Positions 27,170 to 42,000 of a DNA stretch of 64,000 nucleotides are shown in pieces. The position numbers and the translations under genes are program-made. The notes under the pieces were generated by a model. That model did not search any database. It was not told where the DNA came from and saw nothing but the letters and a program-made list of their open reading frames with translations. The DNA comes from Dimorphilus gyrociliatus (Eukaryota > Animalia > Annelida). The DNA is taken from assembly GCA_904063045.1 (NCBI GenBank), contig CAJFCJ010000012.1:1178001-1242000 (forward strand), given 5' to 3'. Each line of letters starts with the position of its first letter. Positions within the stretch are counted from its first letter, which is position 1.

Positions 27170-27898
27170 CTAATTTCTGCAGAAAACGAACTCGTTGTAA
27201 TGGTTCCATTTGCATTCCTCTGAGTCGTTGCCTGGTTTTACTTCTCCAGCACTATTTGTACCAGAGCCACAAGAACCAACCATCTTAAAGCCACCCTCTT
27301 GCAGCATATCAAATGCTTGTTCTAAATAGGAATGTTTGAGAAAGAACCTCGAACTGTAGCGATCGTCTCCACCTCTATCGGGATCTCTCGATTCGTTAAG
27401 CGTATCGCCAAATATTTCACGGCACGCTGATACTCTACCGCAAATGAGAATTCTTGATAACTTTCGAAATTTGACATCAGCTAATCCATCTCGGCCAAAT
27501 GCAAATGTTCCACGATAACTGACCGTTATGTAGCCATTCGACTGTAATTGAGTGGAACCCCTAGAATTCTGTACGTATCTAACCATCGCAGGTATTTTAA
27601 AAAATTCCGCCTCATTCTTCAATCTCTCTCGTTCTTGGAAATTTTCAGGTAAAACTAATTTTCCGTTGCGAAGGAAGTCGAGTATATAGCGGAATAGGAC
27701 ACCATCTCGGTCCAAGAAATATTTTCCTTTGTTATCTTTAAGTATAATTGTCGAACCTTTATATTTTCCAGTAAATATTTGACCTAATAATGATTCTCCA
27801 TCTTTTGTTAAGGTGCTCAAGGCGGTTGTATAAAATACACCACCAACGTTAAGTTCCACAATAGGGGGAAAAGGTTCGCCGACGTTCTCTGACGCCAT
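27170..27898 (-). CDS. KCTD16: BTB/POZ (T1) domain protein of the KCTD8/12/16 family, intronless (242 aa)
   Basis: IVELNVGGVFYTT...YFLDRDGVLFRYILDFLR BTB domain plus H1 domain (GYITVSYRGTFAFGRDG..KFRKLSRILICG..TLNESRDPDR..YSSRFFLKH..LEQAFD..WNHYNEFVFCR) typical of GABA-B auxiliary KCTDs; symbol is a family-level label. Confidence 0.93.
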   Translation of the reverse strand: MASENVGEPFPPIVELNVGGVFYTTALSTLTKDGESLLGQIFTGKYKGSTIILKDNKGKYFLDRDGVLFRYILDFLRNGKLVLPENFQERERLKNEAEFFKIPAMVRYVQNSRGSTQLQSNGYITVSYRGTFAFGRDGLADVKFRKLSRILICGRVSACREIFGDTLNESRDPDRGGDDRYSSRFFLKHSYLEQAFDMLQEGGFKMVGSCGSGTNSAGEVKPGNDSEECKWNHYNEFVFCRN

Positions 27899-28006
27899 AA
27901 CCAGATGTGAAAGATAAAAGTACGCTCACAGCGACACCTACTGGTCACAGAGTTTCGACGCGAATCGATCGGTACAACGCCACTATTTTCTATAATAAAC
28001 TACTAC

Positions 28007-28014
28007 TGACGTCA
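28007..28014. promoter_or_regulatory. Full palindromic CRE (TGACGTCA) about 110 bp upstream of the KCTD ATG, next to a TATA-like element (about 27990-28000)
   Basis: Sequence match and position only; function inferred. Confidence 0.45.
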
Positions 28015-28398
28015 TTCCAAAGACTGTTTTATTATCTTGTTCTCAAGTAGATTATATTATGCAATTATATTGATCGTAAAACGAACAGCGAGAGAAACGA
28101 GAAAGGAGAGAAGGAAACAGAGAAAAGGTGAAAAGACATTACTATCAGAAACAGAGTCAAATTGAAAGAGAGGGAGTTAGATAGAGCGTGAGAGATAGGG
28201 AAAGAGATTTAGAGTTAGATATATATATATATACATATAGAATACATGTACTGTATGTATGCATATAGTATATACATATCTAATGTTATACCGTATATAG
28301 AATACATATTTATACTGAATATGCACTTCATATAGAGAAAAAGATTATGTGTATGTATGTGTTTCAGCAAAAGAGAAAAAAAGACAAATAAATATATA

Positions 28399-28432
<34 letters not shown>

Positions 28433-29530
28433 AAACTTAAATGTACGTCACAATTTCGTCAAAGAGAACAGACGCCCACGTACGCACTGTACGAATCTTA
28501 AAAATTAAACTTTCACAAATTAGAGAGACGTCTATTCTCCTATTATAAGCTACATTTTGGCAGAAACAAACAACTCGAAGGCTTGGGGAACGTTCTTCGA
28601 TAAAACTAGAAAAATGAGGTCTTATGCAAACCCGTTTGCATCCGAACTTTCGTTTAATTTTTACCAAACAGCAAAAAGTTAGATACAGCATTACCAGACT
28701 GATCATTTTGCACAAAACTATTTTATATTTCCTTTTTCTTTCTAATATCTTTTAGTGTATTAACAATATATGTATAACTATACATAAATACATACATAAC
28801 CGATGCACACCAAAGAGCATACACAGTATGCAGTAGAAATAAACTGCATAAACAATGTATAATGTCATTGTGTACTGTCATGTTGTATTCATATAATCAT
28901 ACATGTAGCTTTTTTAATCTTTTACCTTTTTCTTGCAATTGAATCAGCCTATGCACCATGTACACGATACATAAATATATATATGTATATATACATAAAC
29001 ATATACATATACATATATATATTTATACGAATTTTTTATTGCAAACTGGAAGAGAATTATGTGCTATAACTATGTACAATTAAGTAATCAACATTGTGAC
29101 TGTAGACTTGCGGATTACAGAGGAACATTGTGCTTAACGATTATTGCATGATATGCAAGTCTGTTTACAGTTGTTTTTTTCTGTCTATGTCATGTACATA
29201 TATACAGTAAAAAAATGGCATTAAGGACATTGCACATAAACAGAGTTAATGTTGACTATTATCTTATTTCTGTTTATATACATGTACACTTACATACGCT
29301 TATGTATAACATAAAACATCCTTTTACTCATATATGTATAATATATATATATACTAAGTTCAAATACTTTTAAATTGAGAGAGAATTAGAGAGAACTGTA
29401 CAAATCTGCAGACATAGTTCTTCATTTATCCTTATTTTTTCAACGCCTGTACAAAAACGTACAAGAAAACCTACAATCGTATAAAGGCTAAGGATAGATT
29501 GGTAAGAAATCAAACTTTTATAGGCCCTGT

Positions 29531-29570
<40 letters not shown>

Positions 29571-30046
29571 TTCTATAAATATATATATATACATACATAG
29601 TAGATGTATAAATGTTATTCTTACCCTATTCTTAGTTTTAAAAGACGAATAAAAAGAGAAAGAAAGTTAAAATGACAAATATCTTAAACTAATATCGGTA
29701 TTCACAAGGTTTTTATCAATCAGCCGAAATAGACAATTAATACACTCCCCTATTGACAAAAAACCATTAACGAGGAACAATGAAGAAGGGAATGGTATTT
29801 AGCAAACAATGATGCTTATTTGTTTTGGCATGTAAGATTTTGCAAATAAAACACGAAACAAGAGCAACTTAAACAGTTTGTATTTTGTTAAAAACTGGAA
29901 GGCAACAGCCAATCAGTGCAAAGACCAGAATAATCGGCAACCAGCAGCTAACAAGTAATGATTTTTGTTTGATCAGTTAGATGTATTCCAGCAGGTGGCC
30001 ATAGCTTTTCAATAATGAGGACGCCATCTATACTATGGTAACTTTT

Positions 30047-31631
30047 CTACTTGTTGTACATCATTTTAATAAATTCTGCACGGGGATAAGACAGGGAAAG
30101 GTAATGTAAAAAGGAATAGATGAATGATATAGTTTAGAAAAAAAGGTTTAAGCAAGGAAGACCTTTTTTTTTCTTAATATTTAGATACCTTCGTAATTAA
30201 TTTTTCCATCTCCGTCCTTATCTGCTGATTTAATCATTGCTTTAATGTCTTTTTCATTTAATTTTTCACCAAGATTGTTCATTGTGAGGCGTAATTCTTG
30301 GGCATCAATAACTCCATTACCATCAATATCGAATACTTTGAACGCCTGACGCATTTCAGCTTCCATTCGCCTTTTTTTAGCTTCTTCATTGTTGCCACTG
30401 CCAATCGTTGTGCGTGACATCATCCTCAGAAACTCGTTAAAGTCGATTGTTCCGTTACCTGTTATTGAACCCATGTTAAAAAGGGCATAGCATTTAATCA
30501 TAGTGTTTTCATAGGATATAGGAAGAGCACAGTGTCACAGAAACATGCAAATGTAACTTATTAATGTAAATAGTAAGCTAAAGCAGTAACGAGAGGAAGC
30601 AGAGAAACAACAACTTAATGCACTTTGCCAATGATTTTACTAATCCTTCCAGTTTTTTCTTGGAGTATATATCTTCTATAACGAGCTGTAAAATGTTGAA
30701 TTAGCTTACAAAAAACCGTAGATGGCGCTTTAATCAAGCATCTTCTTTTAGGCTAAATACGGAATCATAATACTATACCTGGGACTTTAATCTATCTACT
30801 TTCTACTTGATCACAACACCGTAAATCTGTACCCCAAAAAAAAAATCAATTCAACCATAATGCGATCAAAAGAGTGTGCATTACACGAAGAAAAAACGTT
30901 GAAAAAAATCGGGTCATCACAAAAATGGTGCATAAACACAAATCACTGCCCTCGGGCGTCAACTGACCGTCTATATCGACGTTTTTCACCATGGAATGAA
31001 GCTCTTTCGAACTAAACGGAAGACCTAATGTCCGCATAACGTTACCCAATTCTGAGGCCGCAATAACACCGTTTTTATCTTGGTCGAACATGTCGAACGC
31101 CTGTTTTATATCTGTACATATTGGAAAAAAAGCGTTCTGAAAATATCCAGACCGGTAACAATCAATATAGAGAAATGGCTACTCGGGACGCCAACAAAGC
31201 GTCAAATTATGGTAGGTTTTTGGCTGTGATTTTTTTCTATTCCATTTTAAGAGAACATCGTGTTGGAAGAAAAGCTTTTTAACGAAAGCGTATAGATTAT
31301 CGATAGAGCCTTTCTTTCGTCCTTTTTTTCTCTCTCGCTCAGAGATAAATTAAGGGCGATTCTGCCCAAGAAAAATTGAAAAACCTTCGAATAACAAGGA
31401 TTTCTTCATTTCTCTTTGCCTTTAAACTCTTGATTACATGAAACCCTGCAGAATGTAGCCAGAGAAAGTGAATTTAGCTAACGTACCTTCGATTGTATAG
31501 CCTTCGGGAATGGATGGTTGGTTAGGAGCCTTCGCCATTGCTGGTCTCGCACTATTTGACGTCGTTAGTGGCGCAATTCGAGCGTCTGTGATGACGTCAC
31601 TTTGGTTGGGGCTAGTAGCAGTTTGTGGGGG
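30047..31631 (-). CDS. Calmodulin-like module 5 (C-terminal)
   Basis: PEGYTIE|[25 protein letters not shown]|[31 protein letters not shown]|EFIKMMYNK*. Confidence 0.92.
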
Positions 31632-34600
31632 CTGCGTAAGGAAAAAAATATGAAAAAAGGGAGAAAATTTGCTGAAAGAAGTGATGTAAAAATTATTAAA
31701 TAAAAAATTCTGCCTAAATCAATTAAAATATTGATGAAATCTTGGATTTCAAGATAAATGCTACAAGAATATATATATAGAGTATGATATATTCAGTAAA
31801 TCTATATGAAATATGTATTAAAAATATCGATGTTTATATATATATATATTTACATATATATATATATAAATACATAATTTATATATACTATATACACTAT
31901 ATACAATTCATAGCGTAAACTGATAGTATAATTTTATATAATCGAGTTAATTCTATACTATTCAAAAGTTTTACTGTATTTATATAATTAATAATATTTA
32001 TAAAAAGTTGTTATTTTTAACAACCACTAATTATATTGCTCTTGTTTTTATTGTATCCAATTTATAGGCTAAATGTTTTTCCCGTCTTTTTTTATTCATT
32101 TAGAACAACTTTTTATCATATTAGTATATATATATATATATTTATATGCCATATTTTGATAGCATTCATTTCCAGATTGTAAATCTATAGATATATGCAT
32201 ATATAAGTTTATATATATGCGGATGTTAACGGTAATTGGTTAAGTCCTCCATCACACAATAATCCCTTTACAATAGGTGTTACTATTTTTAAGCAACAAG
32301 AGAGGCTAAAATATAATAAGGATTAATATCTATTAAGTTTTAACTTTAACTATAATAAAACAGTTTTACAATCATCTGCACTAAGATTAAGTAACGGCTT
32401 AAAATGTTTTCTCTTTAAGAGGGATAAATTTCGATTTGGTTTGGGGTCAGAGTGAAAATTCCCAAGATATTAATTAATAGCTTTATCTAGTACAAAACAC
32501 TTGATATTAGCATTCGTTATCAACGAAAATTTATACGTTGTTTTTATTAATTACTAATTTTAAACTATCGCTTTCACCTAATACCAGTAACATATACTCG
32601 CTCTACTGTATCCTATTGACCAAAATACTTTATATTGCTTTTACGATATATTAGATTCTATATAATAATAATAATAATAACTATCTAGAAAGTATAATAT
32701 GTACGGAATAGGATAAAAATATAAATATGTGTGTAAATAGATTAAAAAAGGAATATGTAATAAATATAATATATATGTATATATGCTAAACATGCTTAGG
32801 GGTCGATACTGCATCTGTCAAAGTAATCAATGCGCCAAGCACGTATAAAGGAACGGTGTAAGAGTGCAATGAAGACTAGGTAGTATTTGTGATAAGCTAT
32901 AAAAATCATTCAACAACGAAATTCGAAATAAAAAATATGTAGCATGCTTAATTGAATTTGAGCCGCGCCTGTTAATTTTCTAAACTCAATTACATAAAAA
33001 TGGCTGCGGCGATTGCGTTTCGAAACAAATTATTCGGCCATTGATTCGGTAGAGGGAGTTCAGTTAGTGGCGAAAATTCCCTCGTGAGTGTCAATTCGCT
33101 AAACTTATTAAGTTTATTTACTAGGTCGTCGGGACCGAACGTTGTGACCGAAGAGGAAAAAAACGTGCGCTTTTATGCATTCGCTCTAACGTAATTTTCG
33201 TCTCCGAGAGCACATTTGCGAAGGCCTTCTTTAAATAGAACTATAAACCAAGGTTCCTTTTGAAGGCTTTTCGCCATATATACAACAAAATCTACTACGG
33301 AAACAATACAAAGAGAGGAAATATATTTTGACCTACCAAATAAGGTTCTTCTTCCAGACAGGACTGGCATTATTTAATTTAAAATTTTTGATCAATTCAT
33401 GGTAGAAATAGGAGAATGTGAAGAAAAGTAAACAAAGTACAACATATATAGACTATTTTACCATCACCCCTTTTGCTAGTGTTTTGCTTCTCTCTCTCTC
33501 TTTCGCTCTTTCTCTCTCTTTCGCTCTCTCTCTCTCTTTCACTCTATTCACTCTCATTGCCCTCTTTCCCTCTTTCATAGACACACACACGTTTCTCGCT
33601 CTCTCATAACCTACTTCTCACTATCAAGATAAATAATTGTACTACGGGTTTACTATATACGTTAGCGTGACAAAATCAGAATTTGAGCCGTTTTCTCCGT
33701 ATCGAGCGTGCAGGAATAGCAACGCTTTACGACTTCGTTTCATCTCATTAGTGCCTAGTCCCTTTCATCTTTCAACCGGCTTCCAATTATTTCTCATCCA
33801 AAATTAAACATTAATAAATTCTTACCAATATAAATTAAAAGAGAGTGAGCAGTTGTAAGGAGTTGTGGACGAAGGAGATTTCAAAAAAGGCATATGAGAA
33901 GGGGAATAAGGGATAAAGCATTTTCTTTACGCTTTTTCGCCCGCACCCGAAGAGAATCGATTTAAAGTTTATCGTGAATAAAAATCGATCGTCTCCTACC
34001 CTCGATAGACAGCTAAGGACGCTGTAGCCTCTCCCCTCTATTCCTCCTTTCCACCCCCCGGGCAGGGTTATATAAAATATAAACAGGAGGAAACCAAAAG
34101 AAAACAATAAGATTGGTCTTTTTTTAAAAGTAGGATCTCCGAACCGAACACTGTCCATTCAGGCGTACAGTTCGTTTCGCTGAATAATTTCGACTTGCTT
34201 CCTTTCTTTCTTATTAATATTTCTCGCTCTTTTTATAATTCATTTTTTTTTTAATAAAAATTTTAGGTAAAAACAACGAACTACGAACACAAATGAACAT
34301 GCTCAGCCATTCGCACGCGCACGAATTTGAGGTATTTATGTATTATCTTACTTAATACATATATGCCTCGTACACGCCTAAATATACTGTTTATATTTAA
34401 TGTAATTAGCTTTTCGAGAAATAGATATGCTTACCGGAAGTGGTTCTAAGGTGATTGGTTTAAACTTCCCTTGAAACATTTGCGTAAATTCTGTTAGAAA
34501 GGAAAAGAAAAGAAAAATTATACTGTAGGGAAACGTATAAACGATTATTTATAAAGCTACGTTACGCCTATGAAAGCATTACTGACAAGTCTTTCCTGTC

Positions 34601-37600
34601 CTACAGCAATACTTTTGACTATGATAAGCGAAATTTATAGTATGTAACATGGTTAAGCTTTCATGTTGTTTAATATAAGTGCACTTCAAGCCAACTGCAT
34701 ATGCAATAATTGCTGTGCCAGTAACAATTCAAGTCAATAAGTAACTACAATTTAGCGTATTGTCGCGATTGTCATAACGTCAGTTTCTATTTTTCTACGT
34801 CGCACTGGTGAAGCCGGTTGTAGTACAAACATTCAACGTCTGCCAGTGCAAACAAGAGGAAAAATGCCAATAGAAGAGCAGTTATATATATGCTAGTTCG
34901 TCAATCGATGAAACATACGAAACGGCCCAGCGTAAGGTTGTCTTAAACCGCAACTCCGACGCCGCCACCAACAACAAATGCATAATATATTTTCAGTACC
35001 TTTATAATTAATTTTTCCATCGCCATCCTGATCGGCTTCCTTTATCATTAATTCAACATCATTAAGTGTTAATTCTATGCCTAGTTCCTTCATAGTTTGC
35101 CTAATTTCTTCAGCAGTTATATAACCCGATCTGTCTTTATCGAAAACCTGTCAAAAAACGTATTAGCAATTAATAGATATTTAAAATATACGGTAAGTGT
35201 ACTATTACACATTATGAAATAAACGCTGTCACGCTCTGGACAGACGCTGATAAGCTATAATATTATTAGAATCATAAATCATAATAGAAGCGTTAGTATA
35301 CAAACATCCGAGCATTGGTTTAATTGGTAGAGAGGGAAGAGAGGACAACACACGTAAATAAAAGAAACAATTTATAATAACCTTGAAAGCCCTCCAAGCC
35401 TCTGGTTCAGTTGGCCTTGTATCAGCAGATGAACTCGATTTCCGACGGTCTCTTTGAGACATCATATTGATAAACTCATCGAATTCAAGCATTCCATTTT
35501 CTAAATAGAGAGGATTAAAGTTATTTTCATTAATCAACTTAAAAAACTTGTTGCTATTTATATTCCCCTTCCATCCCCCGCAGTATAAAACACATACTGT
35601 CAAGGTCAAATTTTTTAATCATTCTATCGATTAGCTTCTCATCCTGAGATAATCCCAGAGTTCGCATCACAGAACGTAATTCTACACCAGAGATGGCGCC
35701 ATCCCCGTTTTTGTCGAACAACGCAAACGCCACCTTTAGCTCTGTAAGGAAATTATTAATATATAAGAAAACCTACTAAAGTTTAAATGAGAAGTTTAAT
35801 TGAAAAAATTAGTTTATAGCCGATAATACCTTGCATTTGACTATCACTTAAACTCCCTGACTCAGGAATAGGCTTAATTACCTATGGATAAAATGTGATG
35901 CGAAAGTATAATTAATCGGATTTTGAGAATGTGTGGCTGAAACACACCTGACCAAATACTATGCGAACAAATTCTTCGTAATAAATTCGACCCCCTTTTT
36001 TGACGCCCGCCGAAGCCATCATGGCGACAAGGTCATTCTCTGATAACTTCATTCCTAGCTCTTGCATTGTTACCCTTAGCTCCTTATCATCTATATAGCC
36101 ATTTTTGTCTTTATCGAATACTTTAAAGGCTGCTCGCATTTCTTCTTCTTCCGCCCTGTGGCAATAAATAACCTATAATGAAGAGTTTATAAAATGAACG
36201 AAGTAAATAGAGCAAGAAACCGTTCGACGTAATTGCATACATGCATAGAAACATGTTAGTACGAAAGAAAAAAAAAACTCATTTTCTACGTTCACTTAAA
36301 AGAAACAAACTAAACCAAACGTCCAAATAGACATGAAAAAAAGATATAGTAACAAAATGATGCACAAAAATATTTTTCTGTTTGTATCACAAGTACTGTG
36401 AGCCTTTTAGTGCATTTAGTTATTTTTTTGTCTTTTTTAGATATATTTTTTTTAATGGATGTCACATACTACCTCAGCTGTCGACGGCGTCGTATTGAAG
36501 ATCTGACAAAATGTTGTAAAAAAAAAAAAAAAAGAAAAAAAGAAAGAAATGGGTAACAAAAATTAATTAAACAGAGGATATTAAAAGAAATTGGAAAATA
36601 ATAGAATCCTTTAAAATCTTATTTTCTTTCTTTTATTATCTTCTTTTTTACATATTATAGTTAATAGTTTTAGTTCTTTTATAATTATTACTATTACAAT
36701 ATTTTTTATTTTCTTTTTTTTTTACTTATGAATAAAAGAAGAGTAAAAGTTTTTGGATTAAGCAATAGAAATAGATTATATATATATATGTTTATGTATA
36801 CGGGAAAATAGGCAAATAAATAATACTGAATCCGTTTTTTTTCTTCCCCCATTAAAAATTAAATAACAAACCTTCTTTCCTGACGAGTTATTGCTGCTAA
36901 TCCTTTTCTTTTCCTCATCATTCTCTTAAATTCTTCGAAATCAATGGAACCATTTCCATCTAAATCTACTTTTTTCATCATTCGTTGTATCTTTAATGAA
37001 GAGAAAATAATAATCTAATGCACTCTTTGTTTCTACTTATATATACTTGTTCTGTAGATGTATCCATGCCTAACTGCTTGAAAACTTGTAACAACTCTTG
37101 CGTATTAATTACTCCATCTGCATCTTTGTCAAACATCATAAAAGCTATCCGCAACTCTATTTAAATTGACGAAAAGCAGGTTAACGCTGTATAGTACACA
37201 TATAATAAAGTTAATTTTCTCACCTCTTACTTCCGGATCTTCATCTTGAGGCTCATCAATACTGTCTCTTGAAGTAGGATCTATATTTTCTAACGCCTTC
37301 CTTTGCATCTGAAAAGTCCAATACATTTTAGTCTGTAAAACTCACCTAGCTTTACCTAGATTGTTTAGACATACGTTTGAAAGGTTAAATTAAAATTAGA
37401 AGCCAGCTCTAGTCTGCTAGTGTTACTTTTTTATTCTTAAACAGCTATTTTATTAAGCGTAACGAAGAAAACAATTAGCCGCACTTCATTTGTTTGTAAG
37501 GACTTACTTTCCTGTGTTCTCTTCCGATTTTGCCACTCATCATCTTAACAAAATCTGTAGAGAAATAAGGTTAAATTTTAGTAAAGAGTCTATGATTTCC

Positions 37601-39000
37601 TGCTTCGTTATTTTTTAACATCTGGTAAAAGAATTACCGTTCCATCAAAAAAAAACATAATTTATAAAATGTCAAAAAGAGGACAATAAATTTCAACGAT
37701 TAACTGTAGCCAGAAAGTAAGAGCGTACTAAATACAAGCCAAACAAAAACCTAGCGGCGAACTTTACAGAGATGAGAGAGAGAGAGAGAGAGAGAAAGAG
37801 TGAAAAAAATGAGTAAGTGAGTGAGAGAGAAGGGGAGAGAGAGAAAGTAAGCTTCTTGCATTGCATCGAGATGGTGCAACATACACGAGCTCGTAATAGA
37901 ATTAAGGCAAATGTATGGTTCAAAAACGAATCAATTAATACACGTCGGAGGAAGTGCGATGGAAATTGCACTCGTGTCGGAGTCAATGACGGCATGATTA
38001 ATTGAATAAACAGGCTACCGTCAAAACTTCATACCTTCGTAATAAATTCTGCCGGATATTAGGACCCCAGCTTCTTTCATCATCTGCTTTACATCAGCAT
38101 CGGAAACAGGAGTACCCAGTTCTTGCATAGTTCGCTTGAGTTCTTTCGGGTCGATATATCCGTTCTGGTCATGATCGAATGCGGCAAACAGCTGCCGAAG
38201 TTCCGCTTCCTCCGGCCTCCGTTCTAATCGCTGTTCCATCATACGAACAAATTCTTCAAAGTCTATTAGGCCATTGCCTGCAAAATACCGAAGAAATTTT
38301 GTCATTAATTACCGAGCCTCATGAATCGATACTTTGTAGTTTACTCGTTCTATATAATTAACTCAGGCTGGTCTACAAAAATCGTTACAGGACGAGAAAA
38401 TATTGCCCAGGTACCAAAGAGGTGATTACCTGGGAAAAGTGAAGAAAATGAACAGATGTGATGCCGGCATAAAATAACACGCAGTAGATAGAAGCATACA
38501 GCCTTAAGTATTATATGATAACTCGGTACGTAATACTATGAAATGATCCGTTTAAAATAAATGTATAAAACTGTTAACCTCACCTTGTATAAAAAAAATA
38601 TCACATTATTGATAGTACACCGGAAACGTACTTTTTCCTTTTTAACGCAAGGACAATTGTGTCGTTTAGAAGAGTTACTAAATATAATATACAAGAACAG
38701 ACGTTTGTTAGCCGATGATTGGGCGAATTCTGCCGAGAAATCCCGTGCATAGGCGCGCCAGGGAAAATCCTTGAAGGTAATTACTATATATATATATATT
38801 TTTATATTTATTATATATATATATATTACATATTTTTATATTTATATATATGTTAGTTTATTTTCTTAGCTGCTGTATGATAGATTTTTTTTAACCGGGT
38901 ATATATAGATATACTGTTTATATATATATATATAAATCTGGTATTTATTTATATATTTATATATTTCCATTGATAATAATATAATTTCATCTAAAACAAG

Positions 39001-39042
<42 letters not shown>

Positions 39043-42000
39043 GTACATTACCAAAAAAAAAATTTGCAGTATATGACAGATTTTACAGTGCATTTGCTGT
39101 GTATTCATCTAAAAAGCGATTGTCTCATTTCTTACTAGAATTTGTATGTTTTATGGACGCCTCATTCTCTTCGTTGTTTTTTTTTTTTTGCACACTGCGG
39201 TATAGTGTATAGCATATTTTTCTGTACAAACAATAAGCCCAGAAGAGTGTCTAATAAGGCCGTACACCCCTAGGCGATCTCATCTCGAGCGGTCGAGCTT
39301 TCGTCAAAGTACTCAACCAACAGCCATTCGAATTCCTTTAGAACAAATGAGCTAAACTCAAAATACATTTTATATCGCCACCAGATCTGCATAGGATGAC
39401 GAAAGCAAATTGGCGAATTACGGTTAGTTGCGAACGGAATACATTTCGAGGCTGTTAGGCTTGCTAAGTCAACGTCGTTTACTTTATACATTAAGAATGA
39501 ATTCGTTGATACTTATACAATTGTACAAGATATGACTTACATCATTTCTTTCTATTAACGTGTACAAGTGCAACTTACCATCTAAATCTACTTGTTGAAA
39601 GACCTCGCTTAGCTTTTGATCAGTTATCGGTTGCCTCATAGCGTGCATAACAGTGCTAACTTCTTGCTTGCTGATGAAACCATCCCTATCCTTGTCAAAC
39701 AAGGAAAAAGCAAGTTTCAACTCTGTTGAAAATATAAAAAAAAGAAATAATTAATTTAACGTTATAACATAGATGGCAGCTCTGTAGCTTAATAACATAA
39801 ATTAGAGAGTAGAATTATCCTGAATGGTATAATAGGTTCGGCAAGAAAAACAGAATACAGAGTAACCATGTTTAAACTGAAGGATCAAATCTCGTGTAAT
39901 ATAATAACAGATAATAGATAAGCACACATACATGTACAAACAAACACATAGTAACAGGCATGCAAAGAGTGCTACAACCCTTATCAACGAGTAGCGTTCA
40001 ATATATTATACAAACTAATTACAAGCTACTAAGAATAACAATTAACATTTAAATATAGCATATAAGTGTAGTTATAAATTATTCATCAAGTTTTTTTCTT
40101 TAGCAATTGCTTACGCTTGTGGCATCGTCTGCCCTTTCTGACCATTTCTTCGTCCATGATTCAAACAGTCTTCTTAATAACATCTTAGGCAACTCGTTAA
40201 GTTCACTGCTAGGTAGCTACGGTTAGTTTAACACTGCATATGCAATGATACCCCCTTTACATTTAGAGTGTACGCTATGGTCGTATCAATCAATCGTGCG
40301 TGGACAACGCGTTTTACATAGAATCCACTAAGTCCCAGTAGAAGCTAAAAATTCGTCCGCTGTGGACCGGAACAAACTTTCCGCTCATTCACCTCCGCTG
40401 TATAACGTTAGTCAAATAGAAAAGGGAAATAAAGGCGCCAGAATTTACCGAATATATAAATATACAATGTACAGGACCTATTGTATATATTGTATATTTA
40501 TACAGCTTATATAATACATTTTTTGATATTCAGTAAATATAACGCATATAACGCATATAGTGATATATATATAGAGAGAGAGAGTGAATCTATATGATAT
40601 CTTTCTCAATATCCTCCTAATACATCGTCCGTTATTTATAAGCGTATTCTCTATATACTGTGTATATACGTATTTTTATACGCGGAAATATAAATATAGC
40701 TACAGCATCTGCAAGCCTTTAACCCAGAAACAGTCATGTGATAAAAAGAAAGTGCACTACTGATGTAAGAGTTGAATTCTAGGACTTAACAAGCTTCTTC
40801 TCCAATATTCTGAACATTAACTTAAAGAGAAGTAGAACGATCTTACCACGATAAAGCATCTTTTAATAGTAAAAAGAATCGTCCAGCTTATATTCTCACG
40901 CTAAATTTCACCTCACAGTGAGAGTGTAGTAGCTTTTAGTACTGCCGTATAGTTTACTGTGCTCAGTATAATGTGTTGGTTTTATAAAGATTTAATCATT
41001 ATATAGTATACATATTCACACATGTATATATATATAAATATCTGCTTGTGCTATATAATATTCTTTGCAGTCTCCATTTGTATTTTGCATTATTAATTAG
41101 CGCAAATTAATCCCTTCTAAAACTGCTTTCTATATTTAGTCAGTAGACCGTTCTTTGGCATCGATGCCCAATTGCAATGGAAGCAAATTTTCTGTATTAT
41201 CAACACGATTCCGGGGCATTTGGGTATTCGATTTCCGGATTTGTAGTTATGCTAATCCTAGCTTTCATTCTCACTCAACGTTACGAAAGAAAATTCGCGA
41301 CGGCATACTAACAATTAGTTATTCATTATTAAGTAGCAATAGTAATGAACGTGAGTTGAGCGGGGGTCTTTTCGCTTTTCCTTTTCATATTTGTTTGTAA
41401 TTTGAAAAATTTTAAATAAAAGGAGAAGCACGTGACAGAGCAGCTAGAGCATTGTTAAAACACAAAAAAATTTATAATGAGACGAAAAAGACAAAATAAA
41501 AACTGAGACTATGACTAGAACGGTAAACGTCAACGTAGCATCTCTATAATGAGAAATACGATATAGAGATAGAAAAGAAATAAAAAGACAGTTTTTATCT
41601 AAGGATTATTCAGCAAATGATGACACCAATCATCAATGCCGTGGGCGTATTTATACCGTTAAAAGATATAATTAACAAAAATGATAAAACGAGAATACTT
41701 ACCGGCTTTTTGAGTCTTCGAAAACTTATCGTTGCCCTGCGGAATAAATGAAATTATGCCTGCATTATTCATATAAACACTTTTATTTATTTAATTTCTT
41801 ACTATAACAAAATTAACAATAAGTTAAAACTACTCATATACTATCTTAGAACCTTGTACGTTTAAAGTCCCAACGAAACCCCTCCTATACAAATTATTCA
41901 TAAATCCATGACGCAAGGATATAGCTGTATACACACGCTCAATATATGTATATTGTACTCTATATATAAATTTATATATATATAAATGTATACATATATA

